Made by a program: the position numbers and the translations under genes. Below the pieces are notes generated by a model that was not told where the DNA came from, made no database searches, and saw only the letters and a list, made by a program, of their open reading frames with translations. DNA of 24,531 bases from positions 1 through 24,531 of the IMG/VR virus record IMGVR_UViG_3300011338_000007; one strand, 5' to 3'. Of the stretch, positions 1 to 7,174 are shown piece after piece. The stretch comes from a virus. Lineage: Duplodnaviria > Caudoviricetes. The number at the start of each line of letters is the position of its first letter. Positions within the stretch are counted from its first letter, which is position 1.

Positions 1-1
1 G

Positions 2-208
2 CGTGACAACTTGTTTCGTGGTTTGAGTAAGTCAATGCAGAAACTACAGGCACGAAGCATCAATGAAGTATTGGAGTTGCCCAATCACACACAATCACCA
101 CAGCGCACATGGGTTGGGCTGACGGATATTGACTACGCAGGATTACCACTTGAGCAAGTTGGTTTAGTTAGATGGGCAGAAGCCAAACTCAAGGAAAAGA
201 ACACATGA
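2..208 (+). CDS. Small hypothetical phage protein, probably 5'-truncated by window edge
   Basis: Frame is open from position 2 (RDNLFRG...). The C-terminus RTWVGLTD...AEAKLKEKNT resembles a tail I recall from small genes of aquatic phages. Stop TGA overlaps the next ATG (ATGA at 205-208). Confidence 0.7.
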   Translation, partial: RDNLFRGLSKSMQKLQARSINEVLELPNHTQSPQRTWVGLTDIDYAGLPLEQVGLVRWAEAKLKEKNT

Positions 209-837
209 GCTACCTAGTTTCTTCTTTGCCGCCTATCAAATGCTTTGTTAAGGCTGAGTTTCTCTATAACGACACTAAGGGGCATGGCGAGCTTGTGCCT
301 TGCGTGTGGGTTAGCCTGAAAGCCCTCAGAGGCCAAGTGTTTCGGATTGAGTCGCTACTAACCGATTACGGCGCTTTGTACGACAAACTACCCATCCACG
401 CCTATGTGTGGAAAGAGGGCGCTAGTGACCTGCCTGTGGACATTTTGCAATTGTGGGACTGCATGGGTTATCGGTTTACCATTGTTGAAAAAATTGGCTT
501 GCGTAACCTTGGCGTTAAGTTTTTGGGCAAGGATAAGCAATGGCACTTTGGCACATACCTGTTTACCGTTGACTTTTGTGCCGATGGCATGGATTTAGAC
601 ACTGGCTTTACAGAAACCGCCGAGGAGCATAAGAGCTTTAACTTTATTAAACTTGAATCGGGTCAATTTGCTTGCCAACCCAACAACCGATGCCTTTGGT
701 ATGACCAAAGCCTTGTGCCATCACAAACTAAGTTTCCTGATTTCCAAGCCGCGCAACATCTGTGGTCAGTGGATGGCACACGCAATTGGAGCGCTGGTGA
801 TGATTGGTGTTACACAATAGAGGAAAAACATGACTAA
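205..837 (+). CDS. Conserved phage hypothetical protein (210 aa)
   Basis: Start moved to ATG 205, supported by AAGGA at 191-195 and the ATGA overlap. Motifs PPIKCFV.EFLYN..GHGE, GALYDKLPIHA, LQLWDC, YLFTVD, EHKS..I.L..GQFA.QPNNR match a family of unknown function common in aquatic phages. Confidence 0.85.
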   Translation: MSYLVSSLPPIKCFVKAEFLYNDTKGHGELVPCVWVSLKALRGQVFRIESLLTDYGALYDKLPIHAYVWKEGASDLPVDILQLWDCMGYRFTIVEKIGLRNLGVKFLGKDKQWHFGTYLFTVDFCADGMDLDTGFTETAEEHKSFNFIKLESGQFACQPNNRCLWYDQSLVPSQTKFPDFQAAQHLWSVDGTRNWSAGDDWCYTIEEKHD

Positions 838-979
838 AGCACAGCAGGTATTTGAGGCCATGATGATTGCCAAAGGCTATACAGATTTTGATAAAATTAA
901 TGATCGATACATTAGCACTAGCATTCAAACCCGATGGATTTATTTCTTAATGGGCTGGCAATTAAGGGGGGTGCAATGA
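830..979 (+). CDS. Small hypothetical protein (49 aa, MTKAQQVFEAMMIAKGYTDF...RWIYFLMGWQLRGVQ), absent from ORF track
   Basis: Translated by hand. GAGGA lies just upstream of ATG 830. The ORF exactly fills the gap between neighbours and its TGA overlaps the next ATG (976-979). Confidence 0.75.
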   Translation: MTKAQQVFEAMMIAKGYTDFDKINDRYISTSIQTRWIYFLMGWQLRGVQ

Positions 980-1191
980 GCTTTAGACAAACAACAATTC
1001 AATACATAAAAGACATTCTCAGAGCCAAGACCATTTCCGAGGTAATTTACGCCGAATTGCAAGAAGCGCATTTAAGAAAGTTGGAAGCAGAAACTGCCGC
1101 CGAGTATTCGGACGCTGCCATCAAATACAACGACAGACGAATTGAAAGGTTAGAGCGCCGTTTGTTTGAGCATAAGCAAGACGATAACTAA
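976..1191 (+). CDS. Small helical hypothetical protein (71 aa)
   Basis: Start moved to ATG 976 (ATGA overlap, AAGGGGG upstream). Charged, coiled-coil-like ELQEAHLRKLEAETAAEY...RIERLE. Confidence 0.75.
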   Translation: MSFRQTTIQYIKDILRAKTISEVIYAELQEAHLRKLEAETAAEYSDAAIKYNDRRIERLERRLFEHKQDDN

Positions 1192-1200
1192 GGAGTTTTT

Positions 1201-1398
1201 ATGATTGCAACAGTTATTGCTTTGTTAATAGGCGCACTTATTGGAATTGGGACGCTTGTTCTTTTTGCTATGTTTTTGGCACACGTTCAAAGTGTGGACA
1301 ATCCACAAGATTGGAGAAATTCCCTCCCCAACGATTCTTTGGGTGAAGAGCTTCCCAATAAGCCCCAAGAGGGGCAAGAGTCAATTTATCCCAAATAA
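1201..1398 (+). CDS. Small membrane protein with N-terminal TM helix; 3' part antisense to endolysin
   Basis: Strong TAAGGAG RBS before ATG 1201; about 26 hydrophobic N-terminal residues. Confidence 0.65.
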   Translation: MIATVIALLIGALIGIGTLVLFAMFLAHVQSVDNPQDWRNSLPNDSLGEELPNKPQEGQESIYPK

Positions 1399-1612
1399 TC
1401 TTGCCATCTTTAAAAAAGTTAAGGTCAATGGCGCAGCGCTTTAAGTGGATGCTATTCATGGTTTTAGAACGCCCCGCCTTAAAGTGCAAAGCCTGCTGTT
1501 CAGGAGTCCGCGCCAGCTCACCGCCAGTCACCATAAAGCCCTGCTCTGTGGCAAATTGAATTAGCTTGCAGGCATCCAATAAGAATGCCGCTTGTTCAGT
1601 GCTTAAGCTCAT
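1268..1612 (-). CDS. Endolysin, Zn peptidase M15 family (L-Ala-D-Glu endopeptidase-like)
   Basis: R-x(n)-SxHxxxxAxD motif (SIHLKRCAID) and WGG...DxPHFE motif; directly downstream of the holin. Confidence 0.9.
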   Translation of the reverse strand: MSLSTEQAAFLLDACKLIQFATEQGFMVTGGELARTPEQQALHFKAGRSKTMNSIHLKRCAIDLNFFKDGKIIWDKLTLAPLGAYWEALHPKNRWGGNFSNLVDCPHFERVPKT

Positions 1613-2121
1613 TTTCTGCCTTTCATATCGGCTAATTTCTCAATTGTTCTACCACCAAAATAAGCGCCCATGATCAACATTCCCCATTGCCCAAGAAGCT
1701 GCACATAGCTTTCGTTTGCGTTTAGCCCAAATGCGGACATCATGGCAAACAAGAAATAGCCCATAAAGATGGCTACAAGGCTCATAGGGCGTATGTTTTT
1801 GGATAGCCAAGAGTCTGACCCCATGTCTGACTTCCAGCGGTCTGTGACGTTGTTATCTTCGTTCTTGGCAGCATCGGCAAATAATTGCAATTCAGCCAAT
1901 TCCATCTTTGCTTTTTCAATGCCTAACTCAAGCAAGCGCTCTTCGTGTTCAAATTGAAGCTGGCGTAGCTTGCTGACATCTTCAGGGGTCGGATTGTCAG
2001 GGATTTTCACGCCCAAAGTGTTTTCAACCACTTCCTTGCCTTTGGCTTGGATAGCGCTAGAAAGCAAGGTAAGGCCATTTTGGGCTAGGCTACCAAGAAG
2101 AGATGCGACTATGGGAATCAT
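1609..2121 (-). CDS. Holin, GTA-type 3TM family
   Basis: RW.SDM.SDSWLSKNIRP motif, two C-terminal TM segments, YFGGRT.EK ending; adjacent to endolysin. Confidence 0.82.
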   Translation of the reverse strand: MIPIVASLLGSLAQNGLTLLSSAIQAKGKEVVENTLGVKIPDNPTPEDVSKLRQLQFEHEERLLELGIEKAKMELAELQLFADAAKNEDNNVTDRWKSDMGSDSWLSKNIRPMSLVAIFMGYFLFAMMSAFGLNANESYVQLLGQWGMLIMGAYFGGRTIEKLADMKGRK

Positions 2122-2402
2122 TTGTTTTCCTCTGCTTTATTAATTAATCTTTGCACCACGGCTTGCTGGCGTTTGGTCTCTTGTTTAGCTTCCAAAATGT
2201 CCAAATACATCATTCCTATGATTGGCAAAATAATGCCAAAAACAACAACCATGCTTATGAATGCAATTATGAACCCCACTTCACTATCCTTAGTTGGCGG
2301 ATTGCTAGAAACAACAGGTGGAGGTATGTAATAACTATCACTACTACCCCGATTATTAGCGCCCTGTCTTGAAGCTGGTTTAGCATTTTTCGCCGTTGCC
2401 AT
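2118..2402 (-). CDS. Single-TM membrane protein in lysis region (start uncertain: ATG 2402 or GTG 2279)
   Basis: Hydrophobic segment FIIAFISMVVVFGIILPIIGMMYL followed by a short coiled coil. ATGA overlap with holin start. AAGGA precedes GTG 2279. Confidence 0.65.
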   Translation of the reverse strand: MATAKNAKPASRQGANNRGSSDSYYIPPPVVSSNPPTKDSEVGFIIAFISMVVVFGIILPIIGMMYLDILEAKQETKRQQAVVQRLINKAEENK

Positions 2403-2806
2403 TGTGCGACCCTGTCTTTTGCTTCCTGCTCTAGCCTTTCTTTTTCCTGTTCAGCTTGCAATCTTTCAAATTCATCCTGAAATCTTGACCACACCGCACC
2501 CAAAGCAGGGTCAACGCCGTAAATCAACAATTCCCTCAGTTCAACAGCTTGACGCTCTAGCTCCATCTCTTGAAAGATGTTATCAAGGGCTTGGGCTTTT
2601 AGTGACTTACCCTTTGGCGGGTTTTTCTTTTGTTCAGCGGCTGCGGTTTTGACTTGTTCATGGGCATCAAAAAATTTACCGATGTAACTAGAAATCTCCA
2701 TTGTGATGGCAGAGACATCTTTGGCAACAGCTTTTGCATCCTTGTATAACGCAACGCCCTGCTTGATGGCAGCGATAGCGGCAAGGGCGGCTGTGAACGG
2801 ATCAAT
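2267..2806 (-). CDS. Coiled-coil protein with C-terminal TM helix; probable ATT start (179 aa)
   Basis: Track ORF 2267-2701 extends in frame without a stop to ATT at 2806, giving (M)DPFTAALAAIAAIKQGVALYK..., an MDP-type amphipathic N-terminus. C-terminal TM ALIIGVVVIVITYLHLLFLAI. Confidence 0.72.
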   Translation of the reverse strand: MDPFTAALAAIAAIKQGVALYKDAKAVAKDVSAITMEISSYIGKFFDAHEQVKTAAAEQKKNPPKGKSLKAQALDNIFQEMELERQAVELRELLIYGVDPALGAVWSRFQDEFERLQAEQEKERLEQEAKDRVAQWQRRKMLNQLQDRALIIGVVVIVITYLHLLFLAIRQLRIVKWGS

Positions 2807-3004
2807 TTACAGCCCCAAAACTTTTTTGACAAACTCGCCAGCAACGCCTGGCCCAAACAAGACGCACACAATCACCGCATACAACAAATATTCAATTCGC
2901 GTCATGCGCTTGTCGCCATCGGTAAAAGACTTCTCAATAGCCGCATACCGTTCACTACAAACGGCAACGTGAACGTCTATTTTGGTTTGAGCATCTTCAA
3001 TCAT
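2807..3004 (-). CDS. Small membrane protein (coiled coil + TM), lysis-region hypothetical
   Basis: H.AVCSERY..IE...RMTRIE followed by TM LLYAVIVCVLFGPGVA; ATGA overlap with upstream chaperone gene. Confidence 0.78.
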   Translation of the reverse strand: MIEDAQTKIDVHVAVCSERYAAIEKSFTDGDKRMTRIEYLLYAVIVCVLFGPGVAGEFVKKVLGL

Positions 3005-3282
3005 GGTGCATCAGGCCAAACAACAGTAGTTGGAAAACCGCTTTGCGTTGGTATATTTCGTAGCGCTTGTCGGTAAGTGGCCCATGCAGCCTTGTCTACT
3101 GTGGCATCTGCAATTTGTGTCCAATCCGTTGCAATTAACTTAGCATTGCGTTCCAATCTTATTTCCGCTGCTTTGCGCGAGTCTGCGCCAGCAAACCATG
3201 TTGCTTGCCGTGCCGCCCATTCAACTTCTTCCTCTGCGGTAAATGGGATATTGCCTTGTGATGTTGCACGAAAATTTGGCAT
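3001..3282 (-). CDS. Tail fibre assembly chaperone (Phage_tail_APC-like)
   Basis: R.ERN.KL..TDWTQ..D...W..YRQALR.IP.Q.GFP..V.WP..P signature; follows tail fibre; TAAGGA RBS. Confidence 0.88.
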   Translation of the reverse strand: MPNFRATSQGNIPFTAEEEVEWAARQATWFAGADSRKAAEIRLERNAKLIATDWTQIADATVDKAAWATYRQALRNIPTQSGFPTTVVWPDAP

Positions 3283-3291
3283 GGTGTGTCC

Positions 3292-4713
3292 TTATGAAAT
3301 AGCAAGTCCGTAGAGACGGAAAGAGCCAGTAATGTTTCCTACATCCGGTTGAAATCTTATTCCGGTAAGTGCGCCTGTTCCTGTATTGCCACCTCCAGTG
3401 ATGATTGACTGATATGTAGTTCCCCTATTACTAGAACCAGTAACAGATACTTTTTTTGTTAATGAGGTTGATGAAGCGTTGTATATATACATGACAAAAC
3501 CTAAACTACTGCCAGAAGCTGAGCCGTTGTTACCGGCAATCCTAAAAGAAGAAGTATTTGTAGAGGCATTGGCATTATAAAGAGCGTCAGCAGCACCTAG
3601 AAGAGATGCGTGCCAGTAATAGCCGGATGTTGAATAACTCCCGCTGATTTTAAATAATGAAGTAAGCGCAGCGCTATCAGTTGTACAGCTAACTGTGCCA
3701 ACAATAACATAATTATCGTAAGTGCTGCTAAAAGTTGTTTCCACATCAACTGACGCACTACTAGAGGCGGTAACTGTGGAAAGGTAAACAAGACCTCCTC
3801 CACCCGCCGCCGCCCAAGTAGGTGCGCTTGTTCCATTGCTTTGTAAAAAGTAACCAGTAGTCCCCGCTGCTGTGTAAGCATGAGCAGTACCTGTGCCATA
3901 ACCAACGCCGCCCGCCGTTGCTGTTGCTGTTGAGTTTGTGCCGCCATTAGCGATAGGTAATGTACCTGTTACCCCAGTTGTTAAAGGCAAACCTGTTGCG
4001 TTTGTCAATGTTGCACTTGTTGGAGTGCCAAGAATAGGAGTAACTAATGTCGGGCTTGTTGCAAACACTAAACTACCAGTTCCAGTTTCATCTGTAACAG
4101 CGGCAGCAAGATTAGCGGCTGATGGGGTAGCTAAAAAAGTAGCTACACCTGTTCCAAGCCCTGACACGCCTGTGGAAATTGGTAAACCAGTTCCGTTAGT
4201 TAATGTGACAGATGTTGGTGTACCTAAAATTGGAGTGACTAATGTTGGAGTTGTCGCTAATACGTTTGAGCCTGTACCGGTATTTGCCACACTTACTAAC
4301 GCTTTAGACGCATCAGTCGCTACAGCACTTGAAGCCGTCAAACTTGTATAAATGGGTGCAGCGCTAAATGTAGCTATACCTGTAACTCCCAAAGTTCCAG
4401 TAATTGCCGCATTACCCGCAATATTAGCGTCCGTGCCAACATAAAGTTTTTTGGCAATGCCTACACCACCCGCCGTAAAAATTGAGCCTGTAGACACGCT
4501 AGATGCGTCTGTGACCAGCGTAGAATTAATTCCTTGGGCAAAGGGTATGCGAGCCGTTGTAGCGGTCTGCCCGTCCTTTGTTATGGCTGTAGTTAGACCA
4601 GTGGCTAAATCTGCCGTCAGCGCATTAAAAGTAGCCGAACTGATGATCGTGCCAGCAACAACGGGCTGACCCGTGGAGTTAATGACAAATGTGCCTGAAC
4701 CGTTGTAACTCAT
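3292..4713 (-). CDS. Tail fibre / receptor-binding protein (473 aa)
   Basis: Gly/Thr/Ser/Ala-rich. N-terminal virion-anchor-like segment (YNGSGTF...FNAL.ADLA.GL...ITKDGQ), internal repeats, TLPIANGGT fibre motif, C-terminal beta-sandwich ending GSFRLYGL. Followed by chaperone. Confidence 0.82.
   Translation of the reverse strand: MSYNGSGTFVINSTGQPVVAGTIISSATFNALTADLATGLTTAITKDGQTATTARIPFAQGINSTLVTDASSVSTGSIFTAGGVGIAKKLYVGTDANIAGNAAITGTLGVTGIATFSAAPIYTSLTASSAVATDASKALVSVANTGTGSNVLATTPTLVTPILGTPTSVTLTNGTGLPISTGVSGLGTGVATFLATPSAANLAAAVTDETGTGSLVFATSPTLVTPILGTPTSATLTNATGLPLTTGVTGTLPIANGGTNSTATATAGGVGYGTGTAHAYTAAGTTGYFLQSNGTSAPTWAAAGGGGLVYLSTVTASSSASVDVETTFSSTYDNYVIVGTVSCTTDSAALTSLFKISGSYSTSGYYWHASLLGAADALYNANASTNTSSFRIAGNNGSASGSSLGFVMYIYNASSTSLTKKVSVTGSSNRGTTYQSIITGGGNTGTGALTGIRFQPDVGNITGSFRLYGLAIS
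3964..4281 (-). repeat. Duplicated 41-aa unit in tail fibre (aa 145-185 and 210-250)
   Basis: TGTGSNVLATTPTLVTPILGTPTSVTLTNGTGLPISTGVSG vs TGTGSLVFATSPTLVTPILGTPTSATLTNATGLPLTTGVTG: 33/41 identical by manual count. Copies at 4159-4281 and 3964-4086. Confidence 0.9.
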
Positions 4714-6518
4714 TTTGTACCTTTCAAAGCCTCAACTAAAGCATCGTATTTTGTAGATTCTTCCACTTGCTTAACGATTTCTCGATTTTTGACTACATCA
4801 GATGCTGATTTTGCCAATGGGAATTTAATCGCTGCCATTTTGTCCAACAATCTTGCAACCACACTACCAGTGTTTGAATAATTAACCGCACCCTCGGGTT
4901 TGACCAAAGCATCTTGTATAACATTTCTTACGTCTACCAATGTCTCACGCCCTTGTTTGCCAAACATATATGCAAGTTTATCCTCTCGGTCTAACGTATC
5001 AATTGCTGTTTTTAGCTTGGCAAATGATAACTGACCACTTGCATTTTTAGTGAGCTGATCTTTCATATATTGAATGGTTTGGCCTTGCAACTCGGCATAA
5101 GCTTGTTGACCCTCAGGCCCACCCTTTTTTAACAATTTAGTGACAGTCCGCATTTCTTCTAAGCTGCCATCTAAAACAACATGAGAAAACACATCATCTA
5201 ACGCCACAGCGCGGTCTGCGTAGCCACCTCTAGTACCAAGCAATTTAGCAACTCGGTAAGTGTTTTCAAATTCGTTAGCCAATTCTTTACGTTGCGTTCT
5301 TGCGGCGCGGTACAAGTCACCGCCTGCGCCCTCGGTCATGTCGTTAATTACGCCCTTGACTTGCTTCATAAACACACCGGATGGCTTGCCAGGCTCACCC
5401 AACTGCCCCGCAGATTTATACAATTCTTCTAAATCATCAATGGTAACTTGTCCATTTTTAATCTTTTTAAGTTGTTTTAACTTTGCACCAATAGTATTAA
5501 TTGCAGGAACAGAGATAGCTTCAGGCGCATTAGTTTCTAACCATTGCTCTAAAGGTGCGGTGCTAACCACTTGTTTTGTTTCACCAGCATCTCTAGCGTC
5601 TTGGTAGGCTTGATTAACTTTTGTGTTTTTAGCGTCAAATTGTTTAACAACTTGCGTGTCAACCAATGAACCAACTTTGCGATACGCAGTGGGGTCGGCA
5701 TACTCTGCACCGGTCTCATCAGCCAATTGCTGAAAGCGCCGCAATATGCTTTCTTTTTGGTTTTGCTTAAATTCAGTCAAGCCTTTTGCCAATTCAGGAT
5801 TTTCTTTAGGCAAATCGGATTCGCGCTTCAAAAGACCAAAGTCTTGTAATTGCTCTCCCTTGGTCAAAGGAATGCCCTGTTGCAAAGCTCGTTCTTGGCG
5901 TATTAAAGCTGGGTTTGTTGATGCTGCACCCATGCCCACCATTTGCGGATTTTTAGGCTGTAAAAGCGTTGCCATGCGTTGCTGAGTGCTTGACGCAACA
6001 GGTGCAACCATGCCCCTAACTTGCCCAACTGCCGCTGGCGCAATAGCATTTAGCGTTGATCCAGTTGCCCCCAATGTGGGCGGCAAAGCACCTAATACTT
6101 TGCTCATTGCGTTAACAATATCAGGCCCTGTTTCTGTGCGAGGTTGATAAAACTGTTGGCTAGTTACTTGGGCGGCTTTTTGCCCCGCTTCCCTACCCTG
6201 TGGAGTCCCATAACCGCCATATGCTTCGCCAAACATTCGGGCAACAGGTGTAGCTACCATTTGACCGACTTGGCCCGCAATGATTGCCGGCGTCTCAACT
6301 GCACCCATAATGCGGTCTTGCATAGAGGCAGGTTTTTGCGGCAAAGTTGTTACATTTTCTGCGCCTGGTATCTGTGCGTTAGATACACCCAATTGTTGAA
6401 AAAATGTACCCCTTGGAATGTCTGAATAATATTTGTTGTGCAAGGCATCAGCCAATGCAGCATCAGGCATATCGTTGTATTGGGGGTTTTGGGTGCGGAA
6501 TTCCGCAAGCGTTGCCAT
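4710..6518 (-). CDS. Putative internal virion / DNA ejection protein (602 aa)
   Basis: Large, Cys-free, helical Ala/Gln/Lys-rich protein between nozzle and fibre, the position of P22 gp16/gp20 and T7 gp15/gp16 equivalents. Function inferred from synteny. Confidence 0.65.
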   Translation of the reverse strand: MATLAEFRTQNPQYNDMPDAALADALHNKYYSDIPRGTFFQQLGVSNAQIPGAENVTTLPQKPASMQDRIMGAVETPAIIAGQVGQMVATPVARMFGEAYGGYGTPQGREAGQKAAQVTSQQFYQPRTETGPDIVNAMSKVLGALPPTLGATGSTLNAIAPAAVGQVRGMVAPVASSTQQRMATLLQPKNPQMVGMGAASTNPALIRQERALQQGIPLTKGEQLQDFGLLKRESDLPKENPELAKGLTEFKQNQKESILRRFQQLADETGAEYADPTAYRKVGSLVDTQVVKQFDAKNTKVNQAYQDARDAGETKQVVSTAPLEQWLETNAPEAISVPAINTIGAKLKQLKKIKNGQVTIDDLEELYKSAGQLGEPGKPSGVFMKQVKGVINDMTEGAGGDLYRAARTQRKELANEFENTYRVAKLLGTRGGYADRAVALDDVFSHVVLDGSLEEMRTVTKLLKKGGPEGQQAYAELQGQTIQYMKDQLTKNASGQLSFAKLKTAIDTLDREDKLAYMFGKQGRETLVDVRNVIQDALVKPEGAVNYSNTGSVVARLLDKMAAIKFPLAKSASDVVKNREIVKQVEESTKYDALVEALKGTK

Positions 6519-7171
6519 TATGGTTTCCTTGGTCTTAATCCAAGTGGATCATTTGCAGGATTAGCACCGCTTGATGGTGCGCCAAAGTCAATTTTTTTGC
6601 CGTAAGAAGATTCAAGGTTTTGCTTTCCTCTTTGAAGCATTCCCTCTAAAACTTTTACTTGTTCTTGCATTGCATCTCGGCTTGTTAATGCGCCAGCAAT
6701 TGTTGCCGGATTTGTTATTTGAGATTCCACAATGCTCATGTCAGGGCCAGTTAATGCGCCAAGTTCATACGCATCTTTTAATCCCATTAACAAAGCCGTA
6801 TACTTTGAATTCATCCGCGCAGTGTCAGAGCCAACAGGCAATGGAATAGCCATACCTTGGCTTGGCAATATTGGTATCTCTTTAGGAAATACCATTAAAT
6901 CTTTGTTTAACTCAGTTTTGTAATCTGTTAGGTAACCCTCAAAATCTTTAAGTTTTTTTGCTTTGTTCATAAAATCTGCACCAGGCAAAGCACTAGCCTG
7001 ATCGGACAATCTTTTTGCTTGCTCTAATCGCAAATTTTCTTGACTTTTAGGGCTTAAATTTGATTGGTTTGGCATACCTTGCGTAGGCATTACCTGTTGC
7101 AATGGCGTGTAAGCACGTTTGGGTGTCACCCCAATTGGCGCATCTATTAATGGCCCTACATATTCACCCAT
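6518..7171 (-). CDS. Putative ejection / internal virion protein (217 aa)
   Basis: GGAGG RBS; LGALTGPD motif; Cys-free; within ejection-protein cluster; TAATG overlap with next gene. Confidence 0.6.
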   Translation of the reverse strand: MGEYVGPLIDAPIGVTPKRAYTPLQQVMPTQGMPNQSNLSPKSQENLRLEQAKRLSDQASALPGADFMNKAKKLKDFEGYLTDYKTELNKDLMVFPKEIPILPSQGMAIPLPVGSDTARMNSKYTALLMGLKDAYELGALTGPDMSIVESQITNPATIAGALTSRDAMQEQVKVLEGMLQRGKQNLESSYGKKIDFGAPSSGANPANDPLGLRPRKP

Positions 7172-7174
7172 TTG

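Noticed and set aside
2599-2871. 90-aa minus-strand ORF with Cys near the N-terminus, as a possible o-spanin lipoprotein
   Set aside because: It lacks a proper positively charged n-region, hydrophobic h-region and lipobox. The region is better explained by the ATT-extended ORF.
3292-4281. Diversity-generating retroelement target in the fibre
   Set aside because: No reverse transcriptase is in the window, and the internal repeat differs at all base types rather than only at adenines.
3597-4669. Alternative-frame and antisense ORFs over the tail fibre (3597-3947, 3938-4351, 4451-4669)
   Set aside because: These are shadows of a Thr/Gly/Ala-rich gene, without RBS or independent protein features. 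The same applies to most + strand track ORFs beyond position 1400.
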